From Candidatus Doudnabacteria bacterium RIFCSPHIGHO2_02_FULL_42_25 (GTDB taxonomy: Bacteria > Patescibacteriota > Doudnabacteria > UBA920 > O2-02-FULL-48-8): a stretch of DNA of 64,000 bases. Shown here in pieces: positions 8,362-17,639 of the stretch. The stretch spans positions 129,331 to 193,330 of the forward strand of contig MFEQ01000004.1 in assembly GCA_001777665.1 (NCBI GenBank), read 5' to 3'. The position numbers were made by a program, and so were the translations under genes. The first letter of the stretch is position 1; each line of letters starts with the position of its first letter. Under the pieces are notes generated by a model. It did not search any database, was not told the DNA's origin, and was given only the letters and a program-made list of their open reading frames with translations.

Positions 8362-10392
8362 ATGCTCAAAACACCTGTTGAACAACTATATCTAGTCGGG
8401 CCGGCTAGGGCTAAGCTATTCAAAAAGCTTGGAATTTTGACTTTGGAAGATTTGCTTTTTTACTTCCCTCGGGCCCATCACGATCTTTCTAAATTTTCCG
8501 AGATCAAAGATCTCAAAATGGGTGAAATGGTAAATATAAAAGCCAAAATTCTCGAAGTAAAAACTTTTCGGACAAAAGTCAGACGGTTTACGCTAACCCA
8601 AGCCCTCGTCGAAGATGGAACTGATAGCATTGTTTGTATTTGGTTTAACCAGCCCTTTCTGACCAAAATTCTGAAGCCCCATGAAGAATTCGTATTTAGC
8701 GGTAAAACCGTGGTGGCCAAAAACAAACTGCAGCTGCAAAACCCTGTTTATGAACCGGTAAAAACCGAGCAAATCCACACTTCGCGATTGGTCCCTTTAT
8801 ATTCTTTGACCTCGAGTTTGACGCAGAAGCAATTGCGATCAATTATAAAAACTTACTTGGACAAAGTCGTGCTTCCGGATTATTTACCATCTGATATTAT
8901 GCGAAAAGAAAAATTATTTAGCGAAGATCGGGCTGTAAAAACTTTTCATTTCCCCGATGATTATGCATCATTGAAAATGGCCCAGAATAGACTAGCCTTT
9001 GATGAAATATTTCAAACCCAACTCCGGGTTTTAAAATACAAATTCCAACGCCAACAAAAAAATAGTTTCCAGGTAAAAATTCCTGACAATTTAAATGAAA
9101 AAATCGCTTCCCTACCCTTTCAATTAACCGCCGGCCAAACACAAGCGCTAACAGTAATTCTCGAAGACTTTGATAAATCCTTTCCTGCCAACAGGTTATT
9201 AGAGGGCGATGTTGGCAGTGGCAAAACAATTGTCGCCGCACTAGCTTTATGGGTGTTGGCCAGAAACAATCTGCAATGCGTATTGCTCTCCCCGACTGAA
9301 GTTTTAGCCACCCAACACTACCAAACGCTGTTGAAATTTTTTGAAGAAGATGGTATTAACGTAGCCTTGCTTACCTCTACACAATCTCGTATAAATAATA
9401 ATCCGGTGACGAAAGCAACTCTGATATCCCAAATCAAATCAGGAACAATCCCGATAATCATCGGGACTCATGCCCTGCTAGAGAAACAAGTTAAATTTAA
9501 AAAACTGGCGATGATTGTGATAGACGAACAACATCGATTTGGAGTGGAGCAGCGGTCAATTCTTAAATCGATGAGTAACGCCCATTTACTTACCATGAGT
9601 GCCACCCCCATTCCTCGGACTTTGGCTCTGACTCTTTATGGTGATTTGGACTTATCAATTTTAAAAGAATTGCCTGCTGGTCGCCTTAAAATAGTTACTA
9701 AAATTGTCGCAGAAGAAAACCGAGCCAAGGCTTATAAATTTATTTCAGATCAGATCGAATCTGGCAGACAAGTGTTTGTGATATGTCCCCTAATTGAAGA
9801 GTCCGACAAGCTCGGTGTAAAATCGGCAACTTCAGAACATAAAAAGTTGTCTGACCTATTTCCACAATTTCAAATTGGTTTACTGCATGGCAAACTCAAA
9901 CCCGCCCAGAAGGAATCGGCCATGCAAGATTTTAAGGATAATAAATTGCAGATCCTGGTTGCTACTTCTGTGATCGAAGTCGGAGTCGATGTGCCGAATG
10001 CCAGTGTGATGATGATCGAAGGGGCGGAACGATTTGGGCTGGCCCAACTTCATCAATTTCGGGGACGCGTCGGGCGAGGTGAACATAAATCATATTGCTT
10101 CCTTTTTTCTGATGACCCACAAGCCTTAAGCAATCCGCGTCTGAAGGCTATTGAAGAAAACAGTAACGGGTTTGAATTGGCAGAAAAAGACCTGCAAATT
10201 CGAGGCAGTGGCGATCTCTATGGCACCAAGCAGAGCGGCTATGACTTCAAAATTGCCACTCTCAACAACTTAGACCTAGTCGAGCGGACTCGAGGCTATG
10301 CCGAGGAATTGCTGTACCAAGACCTAAATTTGAATCACTATCCCCTTTTGAAACAAAAAATCGAAGCAAAACCTCTGGTGCACTTGGAGTAG
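8362..10392 (+). CDS. recG: ATP-dependent DNA helicase RecG
   Basis: LLEGDVGSGKT, DEQHRFGVEQR, MSATPIPRTL, AERFGLAQLHQFRGRVGRG. Start placed at ATG 8362. Confidence 0.97.
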   Translation: MLKTPVEQLYLVGPARAKLFKKLGILTLEDLLFYFPRAHHDLSKFSEIKDLKMGEMVNIKAKILEVKTFRTKVRRFTLTQALVEDGTDSIVCIWFNQPFLTKILKPHEEFVFSGKTVVAKNKLQLQNPVYEPVKTEQIHTSRLVPLYSLTSSLTQKQLRSIIKTYLDKVVLPDYLPSDIMRKEKLFSEDRAVKTFHFPDDYASLKMAQNRLAFDEIFQTQLRVLKYKFQRQQKNSFQVKIPDNLNEKIASLPFQLTAGQTQALTVILEDFDKSFPANRLLEGDVGSGKTIVAALALWVLARNNLQCVLLSPTEVLATQHYQTLLKFFEEDGINVALLTSTQSRINNNPVTKATLISQIKSGTIPIIIGTHALLEKQVKFKKLAMIVIDEQHRFGVEQRSILKSMSNAHLLTMSATPIPRTLALTLYGDLDLSILKELPAGRLKIVTKIVAEENRAKAYKFISDQIESGRQVFVICPLIEESDKLGVKSATSEHKKLSDLFPQFQIGLLHGKLKPAQKESAMQDFKDNKLQILVATSVIEVGVDVPNASVMMIEGAERFGLAQLHQFRGRVGRGEHKSYCFLFSDDPQALSNPRLKAIEENSNGFELAEKDLQIRGSGDLYGTKQSGYDFKIATLNNLDLVERTRGYAEELLYQDLNLNHYPLLKQKIEAKPLVHLE

Positions 10393-10421
10393 TTGACATT
10401 AGGCAATGCTGGCGGTAAAAT
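10393..10421 (+). promoter_or_regulatory. sigma70 promoter
   Basis: TTGACA-17-TAAAAT. Confidence 0.6.
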
Positions 10422-10469
10422 TATCCTGATATAGGTCACGATCTCCGTGACCGCACCAAGGAGGTGCAT

Positions 10470-10658
10470 ATGCCCCAAGCGACTTCAGCGCCAGCAACAC
10501 GTCAGGATATCCACCAGGCAACAGTGTTTTTGTGCCTGAAGGGTCTTCGAACACGGCGACAAGCCGAACGCTGGATGAAGCGCAATCCCCACGACCCAAG
10601 TCACGCCACGGTCAGCCAGGCGAAAAAACTGGCATTCGATCGCAACCGCCGCGGGTAG
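10470..10658 (+). CDS. small basic hypothetical protein (62 aa)
   Basis: Strong SD AAGGAGG upstream of ATG; GC-rich island. Confidence 0.55.
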   Translation: MPQATSAPATRQDIHQATVFLCLKGLRTRRQAERWMKRNPHDPSHATVSQAKKLAFDRNRRG

Positions 10659-10747
10659 CAACAATGTCCCGGCGTCCGAGACCACCGCCTTGCTAGTCTC
10701 TGCAACGTCCACTCGATTTATCAATACGACGTCGTAGGAGAACAGCA

Positions 10748-10942
10748 ATGCGAGCATTTACTCTTCGTGAACCGATCACTGCCAGAGAAAAAGAAAACGG
10801 AAACCAGGTCTGCCTGACCAGGGCAACGGTCAACGGCAAACTGGTGCTTTCTCAAGGACACACGATATTCCGACCGATCGACCATTTCGAGCTCAGTCGG
10901 CGTGACCTAACTTCTTTGCAGATACAGGCGTCGAGCGCGTAA
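10748..10942 (+). CDS. small hypothetical protein (64 aa)
   Basis: SD AGGAG upstream of ATG; same GC-rich island. Confidence 0.5.
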   Translation: MRAFTLREPITAREKENGNQVCLTRATVNGKLVLSQGHTIFRPIDHFELSRRDLTSLQIQASSA

Positions 10943-11081
10943 CCTAGGTATTTCGGTGGTCAAAGTTAGGGATGTTTCCCACATCCAAGATGATGGACTT
11001 CCGAAGGACCAAAGGTCTCACGGGGCTGTTCACATAGCGGCAGACTAACTTCATCATTTTTCTGCGCCAGCAGCGAACAGT

Positions 11082-11120
11082 GGGATTGACGATCACCGCG
11101 ATCGTCAATCCCGTTTTTTT
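11082..11120 (+). terminator. intrinsic terminator
   Basis: 13-bp stem GGGATTGACGATC/GATCGTCAATCCC + T-tract. Confidence 0.8.
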
Positions 11121-11128
11121 ATGATAAA

Positions 11129-12118
11129 TTATTTACTTATTGAATAAAGTCTATTATTTGATTTGTCGACGAAGTAAACCGTGTTCCCTACCAAGAGCAT
11201 GATCTTAGTCTCAATCCTCTTACCAGGGTCGAAATAGATCTCGCTAGTATTAGTAGTCAGATCAATTTTTTTAAACAACCCACTGACATTAGCATAAATT
11301 AACTTTCCACTGCTATCTGCAACGAGTTGATCTAATGAAGTATTTAAATTCAAATTAGTTATTTGTTTTTTTGTCAGATCATAAAGGTAAATAGAAGTAT
11401 CCGTGGAGTATAAAAATTTATCAGCTGCAATCCATTTCGCGGATATATTTTTGCCCTGATCGACTAAGGTCGTTATCTGCCCAGTTTCCAAATTTACTGA
11501 ATAAATTTTGTTCGTGTCCCCCACAATATTTGACCTATAGATTAAAGCGGTCTTGCCGTCTGGATCGGGTTTTATAACCAAATCAGGCCAGAACACTGGA
11601 GTGATAGTTTTAAATCCCGACCCGTCAGCGTTGGCCATAGCCAATGAACTGGATTTATCTGTAGCTTCCCAAATATAAATAATTCTTTTGTTGTCTGGAA
11701 GCCATGATAAATATCGAATATTTTTTGGTAAATTGATATAAACCTTAAGCTTGCTATCGTAGTAGCTTTTTTGAATTTCCAGGTCTCCTGAAATCGTGAT
11801 AAAATCCGAACCTTCATTCGGCCACAAAACGGTACGCAAACTCTTTCCTGGTAAAATAGGAATTGAGGCTTCAGAGAGACCGGTCGATTTGACTTCAAAC
11901 AAATGACCATCTGAATTAAAGTACCAGATGACGTTATTCGCTCTGTCTGTTACTGGCGAAATTACTTCCTCTTCAGAAATTTGCTTAATTTGAAGCACCG
12001 GTACTATTTTTTCAACTTCCTTCTCTCGTTGTTTTTTTGTCGCATAATAAAGCACACCTCCAGCAACGAAAATTAACAAAATAATAATTGCGATTAAAAT
12101 AAAAAATCGTTTTCTCAT
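11129..12118 (-). CDS. membrane-anchored beta-propeller-like protein
   Basis: N-terminal TM anchor; repeated W-x-P-D/ANADGS-type blade motifs. Start placed at ATG 12118. Confidence 0.65.
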   Translation of the reverse strand: MRKRFFILIAIIILLIFVAGGVLYYATKKQREKEVEKIVPVLQIKQISEEEVISPVTDRANNVIWYFNSDGHLFEVKSTGLSEASIPILPGKSLRTVLWPNEGSDFITISGDLEIQKSYYDSKLKVYINLPKNIRYLSWLPDNKRIIYIWEATDKSSSLAMANADGSGFKTITPVFWPDLVIKPDPDGKTALIYRSNIVGDTNKIYSVNLETGQITTLVDQGKNISAKWIAADKFLYSTDTSIYLYDLTKKQITNLNLNTSLDQLVADSSGKLIYANVSGLFKKIDLTTNTSEIYFDPGKRIETKIMLLVGNTVYFVDKSNNRLYSISK

Positions 12119-12119
12119 A

Positions 12120-13013
12120 TTATGCGCACCCCACAACAATATCCCAGTGATTTGATTCACGTGCATAAACTGCCCCAGAACTGTTCGTATATAGAGCTGC
12201 CCCATCACTAGCTCTAGCGCCACTGGGTTTGAAATTTGACGTTATATAAGTATTCACATTCGCTGTATCATCGATATCAATTTTAAAACCATTGGCATGA
12301 CTACAAGCCCCAGGTTCGTGTCCAGGTTCAGTGCCTCCTGTTACGACTATACTGCAGGAAGGACAAACAGTTTTCAGTGCTATAACTTCGTCAACGGTTG
12401 CGCGATTTATTCCCACCAGACATGTTTGTCCTGGAGGATTGGCAACCAATGTTGTTACATCAGTACAAACTTTATTTATCGGTATGCCAGCCACGCTGAA
12501 CAAATTTCTGGCTTCGAATTCAGTGAGTTTCCCAGTTACAGGAGGTGAGAAACCGCCACCGCCGCCACCGCCGCCGCTAGAAGAATCGCTAAGGTCGAAA
12601 GGTTCACAAAAATCTCCCAGGCCAGCAAGCCAACCAAGGTTGCTCAAAGTATTCACCGCGAACCCTTTTAATCCACCTTGGTTACAATAAGCTACTGTGG
12701 TGACTGCAATAAACATTAACAGTCCCATGAATAAGCCAATGCCTACTAAAACCGCAAGTGCTGTACCCCAATAAGGAGCAGTCGCCGCAATCGCACTTTT
12801 TGCAACCCCTTTTACGGCTTCCTTGCCAATCTGTTTCGCTTTGTCTTTAGCTGCATCGAGGATAGGATTACTAGGGCTGTTTTGATTTTGATTCTGCTGT
12901 TGTGAAGCCTCTTCTTCTGCTCTTCTTTCTTCCTCAAGTCGCTGTTGCTGATTGAAAGCATCTAAATCATCTTTAAACTCCTGGTCTTTATTTTCATCAA
13001 CTGCGTTGGCCAT
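12120..13013 (-). CDS. membrane protein with C-terminal zinc DD-peptidase-like (M15/hedgehog fold) domain
   Basis: TM helix, Gly linker, then VTGGTE..H, SHxxGxxID and HWD motifs. Confidence 0.55.
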   Translation of the reverse strand: MANAVDENKDQEFKDDLDAFNQQQRLEEERRAEEEASQQQNQNQNSPSNPILDAAKDKAKQIGKEAVKGVAKSAIAATAPYWGTALAVLVGIGLFMGLLMFIAVTTVAYCNQGGLKGFAVNTLSNLGWLAGLGDFCEPFDLSDSSSGGGGGGGGFSPPVTGKLTEFEARNLFSVAGIPINKVCTDVTTLVANPPGQTCLVGINRATVDEVIALKTVCPSCSIVVTGGTEPGHEPGACSHANGFKIDIDDTANVNTYITSNFKPSGARASDGAALYTNSSGAVYARESNHWDIVVGCA

Positions 13014-13016
13014 TTG

Positions 13017-14846
13017 TTATTGTCCTTGGGATTTCAGCTGCTTTTTGGCTTCTTCAATTGCCAAAGTTTGTTTCGGATCAGTGGTTATGATCTGATCTTC
13101 GATGTATGAAGCAATGATTTTTACTGCTACATGCTTCATACCGGCAAAGAAAATACCTTCTCCGACATCAGATTCCAACAGCAAATACTTTTCCCCATCA
13201 GTCAGATGGAAAGCCCGAGTAACTTCGTCGATTGCTGCTGGTGATTGCTTCAGTAATAATTGAATAGACGAGTTGTTCACGATTGGAGCACCATAGGGTG
13301 ATCGTAAAAAGTCGGAAACGTCTTGGGTGATCGTCGTCAATCCTAAATAGTATTTTCTGGCTCGTTTAGCCATGTTTGATAAAAACTGGCCAGAGTCTTC
13401 GTGCTGCATCATCCACCAGGCTTCGTCGATAACTAAAATACGTTTCTTCAAACTTGACCTGACCACATTCCAGATATAGTTCAAAATAACATAAATTGCG
13501 ATTGGGCGTAGAGTGTCTTCTAAGTCTCTGACTGAAAAGACCACACATTGATTATTTAAATTGATATTGGTGGGCTGATTGAAAATCCCAGAAAAAGTTC
13601 CAGCCGTATACTTGGTTAATCTTTGCGCTAAACTCTCCCCACCGACCATACCACCCAAAATCTCGACTAAATCCTGCATCAATGGTGGCTCTACATTGCT
13701 CAAATTTGAATTAGCACTGATATCTTTTTTGGCATAAGTTTCCCAAATCGCCCGATCCATGATCGCCTCTTCTGTGGGATCTAATTTCCCTAGCATCAAA
13801 TTCATGAGACCCAAAAGGTTAATCACTGCAGAGCGCAAAATATCTTCGTTCGACTCCCCTTCTACGCCTGGTGGCAAATCAAATGGATTAACTCTGGAAT
13901 CAGAATTTAGCGAAATATCCAGGAATGATCCGCCGACTGCGTCCGACAAATGCTTGTATTCATTTTCTGGATCGATAATGATGACATCGGTGCCAATCAT
14001 CATGGAACGCAAAATTTCCAATTTCACGGCATAACTTTTTCCACTTCCAGATTTCGCGAATACTACTGAATTGGCATTTTCCATTTGGAACCGATCAAAC
14101 AAAATCAAACCATTATTATGTCGATTGATGCCATACAATATCCCGTCGTTTGAAGTCAATTCAGAACTGACAAATGGAAAAGTCGTAGACAGTGGTTCAG
14201 TGTTCATGTTCGTAGCGACTGCCAGTTCGTCATTGCCCAGAGGCAGAGTAGAATTAAAACCTTGCTCCATTTGGAGTACTGCCGGTTTGGCTACGATTAA
14301 TTTCGAACCCAAAATAGATTCCAAGGTTGCAGTAACTTGGTCTAATTCTTTCTGGTCATTTCCATAAAGCGTAAAGTAGAGAGAAAAACGAAAGTAGCGC
14401 TCCGTCCCCTGCTGCAGACGATTCCGTAAACCCTCCACATCTTGAAACGCAGTTTCGAGCATCGGGTCACGGACATTGCCTTTTTCCTGACTCATGCGCA
14501 TCGATGATTCGAGCTGCCCAACTTTATTCCTTAATTTCTTCATAATCTCGCCAGTATCCATGGAATAAATAAACATCGACATATCCATCGGTACATCCAA
14601 ACTAATAATTGAGGACAGCCAATCGACAGAAAGAAATCTTGGGTAAGACAAAACAAAGAATGAACGGGCTAGTTTGCCGGAAACCTCCACAGAATTAGTG
14701 TTAACACGAAAGGCCGCCGGAGCAATTATATCCCGAAGTGTGTTTAACCCCTGCTTATACTCTTTTTCTTTCTGCAGAACTTCGCGCTGTAATTCCCGCT
14801 CCGGACTCGATCCTTTATTTGTCATTGGTAGTTTGAAGTTTGGCAT
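13017..14846 (-). CDS. VirB4-like type IV secretion ATPase
   Basis: Walker A AKSGSGKS, IIDPENEY, Walker B VIDEAW, RARKY..LTTITQD. Confidence 0.9.
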   Translation of the reverse strand: MPNFKLPMTNKGSSPERELQREVLQKEKEYKQGLNTLRDIIAPAAFRVNTNSVEVSGKLARSFFVLSYPRFLSVDWLSSIISLDVPMDMSMFIYSMDTGEIMKKLRNKVGQLESSMRMSQEKGNVRDPMLETAFQDVEGLRNRLQQGTERYFRFSLYFTLYGNDQKELDQVTATLESILGSKLIVAKPAVLQMEQGFNSTLPLGNDELAVATNMNTEPLSTTFPFVSSELTSNDGILYGINRHNNGLILFDRFQMENANSVVFAKSGSGKSYAVKLEILRSMMIGTDVIIIDPENEYKHLSDAVGGSFLDISLNSDSRVNPFDLPPGVEGESNEDILRSAVINLLGLMNLMLGKLDPTEEAIMDRAIWETYAKKDISANSNLSNVEPPLMQDLVEILGGMVGGESLAQRLTKYTAGTFSGIFNQPTNINLNNQCVVFSVRDLEDTLRPIAIYVILNYIWNVVRSSLKKRILVIDEAWWMMQHEDSGQFLSNMAKRARKYYLGLTTITQDVSDFLRSPYGAPIVNNSSIQLLLKQSPAAIDEVTRAFHLTDGEKYLLLESDVGEGIFFAGMKHVAVKIIASYIEDQIITTDPKQTLAIEEAKKQLKSQGQ

Positions 14847-14847
14847 T

Positions 14848-15540
14848 TTATTTGTTTATATCCAGTTCCTCGACACTTTTAATTTTTATTGGGGCCGCAC
14901 TATCCATATTGTAACTATTATAAACCAGCTCAATTAATTCTTCGGTGTTCAAGGCAATAGTTTTTAAACCCATAGAACCCAGGGTGTTCGTAACTTGACT
15001 GATCCGCTTCTGAAGTTCTTCGCGAGCCTTTTCAAATTCCCGACTTTTCACAGAAATCTCCCGCACCGGATTTAGTAAATTACTAATCTGTTGAAGAAAA
15101 CCAGTTTTCACTGCGGCAGTGCCGAGTGGGATAATGATGTAGAAGGTCTTGTTCATAATGCTGGCAAACTCAATAAGTTTACCGACGTATTCGATATATT
15201 CCTGCGTCTGCATACGTAACAGTTCGTTCGTCTGCTGCTGCATGATCCCATGCAAACGATCGAGATAGGTGTTGATCTCTAATTTTCTCGATTGCATCAA
15301 AATCTGAATTGGAAACTCTAATGCATTTAAGAAATTTTGATAACTTGCAATAATCGCATTTTGTTCATCAATGCTCTTCAAAGAAAAATTAGTCGAAGAA
15401 ACAACTACCACTGCGCGCAGTGAACCGTCGCGCATGATGATCGTGCCCTCTTTGATTTCGGAAATATCCAAATACGCCTGCGTGGACGCAGTTGGTTTAT
15501 TTCCAGAAAGCGAGCCTGATTGCATTTCGTTTTTAGCCAT
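14848..15540 (-). CDS. VirB4/TraC N-terminal-like T4SS accessory protein
   Basis: STQAYLDISEIKEG..VSSTNFSLKS..EQ..FLNAL; lies between prgI and virB4. Confidence 0.7.
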   Translation of the reverse strand: MAKNEMQSGSLSGNKPTASTQAYLDISEIKEGTIIMRDGSLRAVVVVSSTNFSLKSIDEQNAIIASYQNFLNALEFPIQILMQSRKLEINTYLDRLHGIMQQQTNELLRMQTQEYIEYVGKLIEFASIMNKTFYIIIPLGTAAVKTGFLQQISNLLNPVREISVKSREFEKAREELQKRISQVTNTLGSMGLKTIALNTEELIELVYNSYNMDSAAPIKIKSVEELDINK

Positions 15541-15972
15541 CTATTCTTTGTTTAAAAGTTGCTTTTCTTCAGATGTCTTTTGATCTAACAAATAAGCTAA
15601 TTTTTTTAACCGACTTTCGCTGGCAACATCAGTTTTCGGGGCTACAGGCTCTTCTTTTTTTTCAACTTTAAACGTCATGTTGGTATTCAGTTCTTCTCGT
15701 TTGAAAACTCTGACTTGCGGCTTTAAATAAAAACTAATAAAAGCTGGAAAGTAGCTAAGCATGGGTAACCCGTTAAATTTCCCGAATGCCATAAGTAACC
15801 CGAGAAGACCTATTGGAATAGCAAAAAAGAAAAAGAACACTGACAGCTTAAGCAGAGAAAAAAACATCAAAATCAATCCACCAGTCACGAGCAGGACTAA
15901 AAATTGCTTCAATGTTAAAGGACCGATCAGTTTATCTTCAACGTCAGTGAATTGTGGGACTCCAAACTGCAT
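15541..15972 (-). CDS. PrgI family protein
   Basis: MQFGVPQFTDVEDKLIGPLTLKQF followed by 2 TM helices. Confidence 0.85.
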   Translation of the reverse strand: MQFGVPQFTDVEDKLIGPLTLKQFLVLLVTGGLILMFFSLLKLSVFFFFFAIPIGLLGLLMAFGKFNGLPMLSYFPAFISFYLKPQVRVFKREELNTNMTFKVEKKEEPVAPKTDVASESRLKKLAYLLDQKTSEEKQLLNKE

Positions 15973-15979
15973 AGTATGC

Positions 15980-16024
15980 GATCCGAATCTACGAATTCCA
16001 TGCGAATGACACGAATATGCGAAT
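15980..16024. repeat. degenerate (A/G)CGAAT tandem array resembling one GxxExxY cassette end
   Basis: GATCCGAATCTACGAAT..GCGAAT..ACGAAT..GCGAAT. Confidence 0.65.
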
Positions 16025-16129
16025 TTCTGTAGATTTTTTTGTTTCTAAATGATTAAACTTGATAATATTATAACACAAGTGGCACTGAAAGGCAAAATTT
16101 GTCCATTCTTTGTCACTGATGACAATGCG

Positions 16130-16567
16130 TTAGTGTATAAAATTCCGCAGCCATTTCGTCCAGCCTTCGCCTTCATCTTCCCAAATTGACCAAAATCGGG
16201 CAGGGGTCACAATCTTTACCCCTTTAAATTTCTCTACTTTCAATAGATGCTTATCCGACGTAACCAAAAAATCAGCTTCCGAAGCAACTGCTGATTCCAG
16301 AATTTTATTATCCTCTCTATCCTCTACAATATTTAGATGCACGGAATTCTCAATTGGCCTAACTAACTCAAAAAAATATTCTAGTTTTTTTTGAAAACCC
16401 TCATCAAGAATTTTTTTATCGGCCAGAAATTTATTTTCTCTCAAAGTTGCCTTATTCGCGTAAGCTTCTATCCGGCCTGCTATTACCAAATCTAAAATGC
16501 GGTTGGCATAATGGTAAAAATCTTCCGAGGCATCGATAAGCGCATTGGTATCTATAACAACTTTCAT
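16130..16567 (-). CDS. putative toxin, PIN family
   Basis: MKVVIDTNALI, DREDNKILESA, FLVTSDKHLL, IVTPARF. Confidence 0.88.
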   Translation of the reverse strand: MKVVIDTNALIDASEDFYHYANRILDLVIAGRIEAYANKATLRENKFLADKKILDEGFQKKLEYFFELVRPIENSVHLNIVEDREDNKILESAVASEADFLVTSDKHLLKVEKFKGVKIVTPARFWSIWEDEGEGWTKWLRNFIH

Positions 16568-17313
16568 AGAGTAACAGAATTCTTATCTTTCTTATCATCC
16601 CTATCGTCCTTATCATCCCTATCATTCTTATTGTTCTTATCATTCCTACTTAACCTATTATCCTTCAAAAATTGCTGCAACCATTTTTCTCCTTCATCAA
16701 TTTGTTTTTGTCTCTGTTTAATTTTGCTAGCTACCGTTACCTCGTCTGATTGGCTATAAGATTTTTCAACAGCACGTAGTTGTTGATCGACCAAAAAAGC
16801 AGCCTGATGAATCAAGCAAATCACACAATTCGCCGCTTTTTCCCGGTCATTTAAATAGGATAAATAAGGATAATAAGTCGGATAGGTCCGATAGGTCGGG
16901 GAGTTATCATCCTTATTGTCCCTATCATCTCTATTGTTCCTATTATCCCTATCATTCTTATCTTTCCTATCATCCTTATTATTCTTATTGTCCTTATAAT
17001 ATACAATCTTTCTCACTGCTATAGATTCGGGATGATTTTTGTCCCACTGATTCAAATTTCTCTGCCTCAAAAAGTCCTCATAATCCCCTAAAAGTTCGCC
17101 CAAGGAAAATCTTGATGCGCCAAGCAAATTAATTTTAATTTTTTCTGAGGTTTTATTTTCTGATGCCTCGACAATATTTTGTTTCCCGTCGCGAGCAGCG
17201 CCAATCATTTGGGTGGTAATTTTATGGTTGGTAATATATTTTTGACAAAATTCCACAGTGTAATCATAAACAATTGTTGCTTGCTGATAAGATTTTAAAT
17301 CTTTATAGGACAT
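16564..17313 (-). CDS. four-helix-bundle (IVS/bAvd-like) protein containing translated 9-nt repeat tracts
   Basis: SYKDLKSYQ..YD.T..FC, TQMIGAARDGKQNIVEAS, SLGELLGDYEDFLRQR, AANCVICLIHQA. Confidence 0.85.
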   Translation of the reverse strand: MSYKDLKSYQQATIVYDYTVEFCQKYITNHKITTQMIGAARDGKQNIVEASENKTSEKIKINLLGASRFSLGELLGDYEDFLRQRNLNQWDKNHPESIAVRKIVYYKDNKNNKDDRKDKNDRDNRNNRDDRDNKDDNSPTYRTYPTYYPYLSYLNDREKAANCVICLIHQAAFLVDQQLRAVEKSYSQSDEVTVASKIKQRQKQIDEGEKWLQQFLKDNRLSRNDKNNKNDRDDKDDRDDKKDKNSVTL

Positions 17314-17630
17314 AAAAATAGGATAAATAAGGATAATAAGTAAAATAAGTCTGATAGGTAAGGGACTTTATATCTTTATTATCGGCAATAGTCCTTATTA
17401 CTCTTAAATGTCTCCCTATAGTCATTTTTTCCTATCATCCTTATCCAACCTATTATATCCTATTCCAATGAGAAATAAAAAAAGAGCGAACCGCCCTTTT
17501 TATTCCTATCATTCCATACCTATCATTCCTATTGTTCTTATTATCCCTATGGTCCCTATTATCTTTGCCGCTTCGCCTATTAGTCCTATTATTCTTACCA
17601 TCCCTATTGTCTTAATAATCCTATCGCTTC
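17300..17630. repeat. degenerate 9-nt tandem repeat tract (TCCTATYAT / ATAGGAYAA)
   Basis: Many imperfect copies. The same unit occurs at 16580-16665 and 16857-17000. Confidence 0.85.
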
Positions 17631-17639
17631 ATGATACCT

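Noticed and set aside
16564-17630. Diversity-generating retroelement (the four-helix bundle resembles Avd)
   Set aside because: No reverse transcriptase and no TR/VR pair differing at adenines is visible in the window.
17300-17630. CRISPR array
   Set aside because: Repeats are contiguous degenerate 9-mers without unique spacers, and no cas genes are present.
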